Assembly (NCBI GenBank): GCA_042217555.1
Contig: JBDGSL010000054.1
Location: 1 to 48,157 of the forward strand
Length of the DNA stretch: 48,157 bases
Reading direction: 5' to 3'
Origin: Candidatus Nanohalobium sp.
GTDB lineage: Archaea; Nanohalarchaeota; Nanosalinia; Nanosalinales; Nanosalinaceae
Shown: positions 47,496-48,157 of the stretch, piece after piece
Layout: every line of letters starts with the position of its first letter
Position numbering within the stretch: position 1 is the stretch's first letter
The notes under the pieces: model-generated
The model's database searches: none
What the model saw: only the letters and a program-made list of their open reading frames with translations
What the model was told of the DNA's origin: nothing
Translations under genes and position numbers: made by a program

Positions 47496-48157
47496 TTAAG
47501 CGTAGTAGTCCGGCGTATCGTCCTCGCTCTGCTCCATCTCATTCATCTTCTGAGTCATCGCACGGTACTGCTCAAGATTGTCCTCGGTCGCAGTAGGCCT
47601 TACCTCATCGATAGCGTCCTCAAAGTCCTTCATAGTTGCCTCCTCAGACTCTATATCGTTTCTCAATGAGTTCATGCCGGCTTCTCTGCAGACAGACTCG
47701 ATGTCCGAACCTACAAAGCCTTCTGTCTTTTTAGCAAGCTCATCGAGATCTACGTCATCGCTGACAGGCATATCTCTTGTATGCACCTCGAAGATCTTCC
47801 TTCTTCCCTCTTCGTCAGGAACTTCAACCTCGACGTTCCTGTCAACTCTTCCAGGCCTCATAATAGCTGGATCGATCATGTCAGGCCTGTTCGTCGCCGC
47901 GATGACGGTAACGCCTTCCAGGGACTCGATTCCATCAAGCTCTGTAAGCAACTGGTTTACTACACGGTCTCCTACACCTGAATCGCTGCTGCGGCCGCCT
48001 CTACGCGGTGCGATGGCGTCTATCTCGTCTATGAACAGGATGCAGGGAGCTACCTGCCTGGCCTTCTTGAATATCTCTCTGACTGCTTCCTCTGACTCTC
48101 CCACGTACTTGGAGTTGTGAAGCATCAGGGGTGTCTGTCCGCCGATCAGGCTTCCTG
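47496..48157 (-). CDS. cdc48: CDC48/VAT AAA ATPase, C-terminal part (5'-truncated, intein-containing)
   Basis: [40 protein letters not shown]. Confidence 0.93.
   Translation of the reverse strand, partial: GSLIGGQTPLMLHNSKYVGESEEAVREIFKKARQVAPCILFIDEIDAIAPRRGGRSSDSGVGDRVVNQLLTELDGIESLEGVTVIAATNRPDMIDPAIMRPGRVDRNVEVEVPDEEGRRKIFEVHTRDMPVSDDVDLDELAKKTEGFVGSDIESVCREAGMNSLRNDIESEEATMKDFEDAIDEVRPTATEDNLEQYRAMTQKMNEMEQSEDDTPDYYA
48114..48157 (-). mobile_element. C-terminal end of an intein in Cdc48
   Basis: [22 protein letters not shown] replaces the expected ...[16 protein letters not shown] junction. Confidence 0.8.

Overview
Archaeal chromosomal segment. The strongly acidic proteome, compact genes, PolD plus PolB, two HMf-type histones and a PDH/acetate-CoA-ligase cluster suggest an extreme halophile, most likely DPANN Nanohaloarchaeota; this taxonomy is an inference. 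Most of the window is core: cdc6-DP1-DP2, RPA-RadA, VapBC, grpE/dnaK/dnaJ, polB, pdhABC-lpdA, acd, malic enzyme, map and cdc48. Main observations: (1) A ~2.2 kb element (13021-15204) bounded by ~145-bp imperfect inverted arms. It carries nine copies of a TGAGTGTTC-N9-GAACACTCA-type palindrome in mirror arrangement, encloses a basic PD-(D/E)xK-like nuclease gene, and sits on a sharp C/A to G/T strand-composition flip. (2) Four inteins: two in PolD DP2, plus C-terminal intein ends in Cdc6 (expected Walker A position) and Cdc48 at the two window edges. (3) A tRNA-Thr(CGT) with a 179-nt multi-hairpin BHB intron, next to a truncated integrase remnant. (4) A 40-nt exact inverted copy of DP2 sequence inside a nucleotidyltransferase pseudogene. 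(5) A sawtooth G+T/A+C skew along the window. All calls are by eye; no database searches were run.
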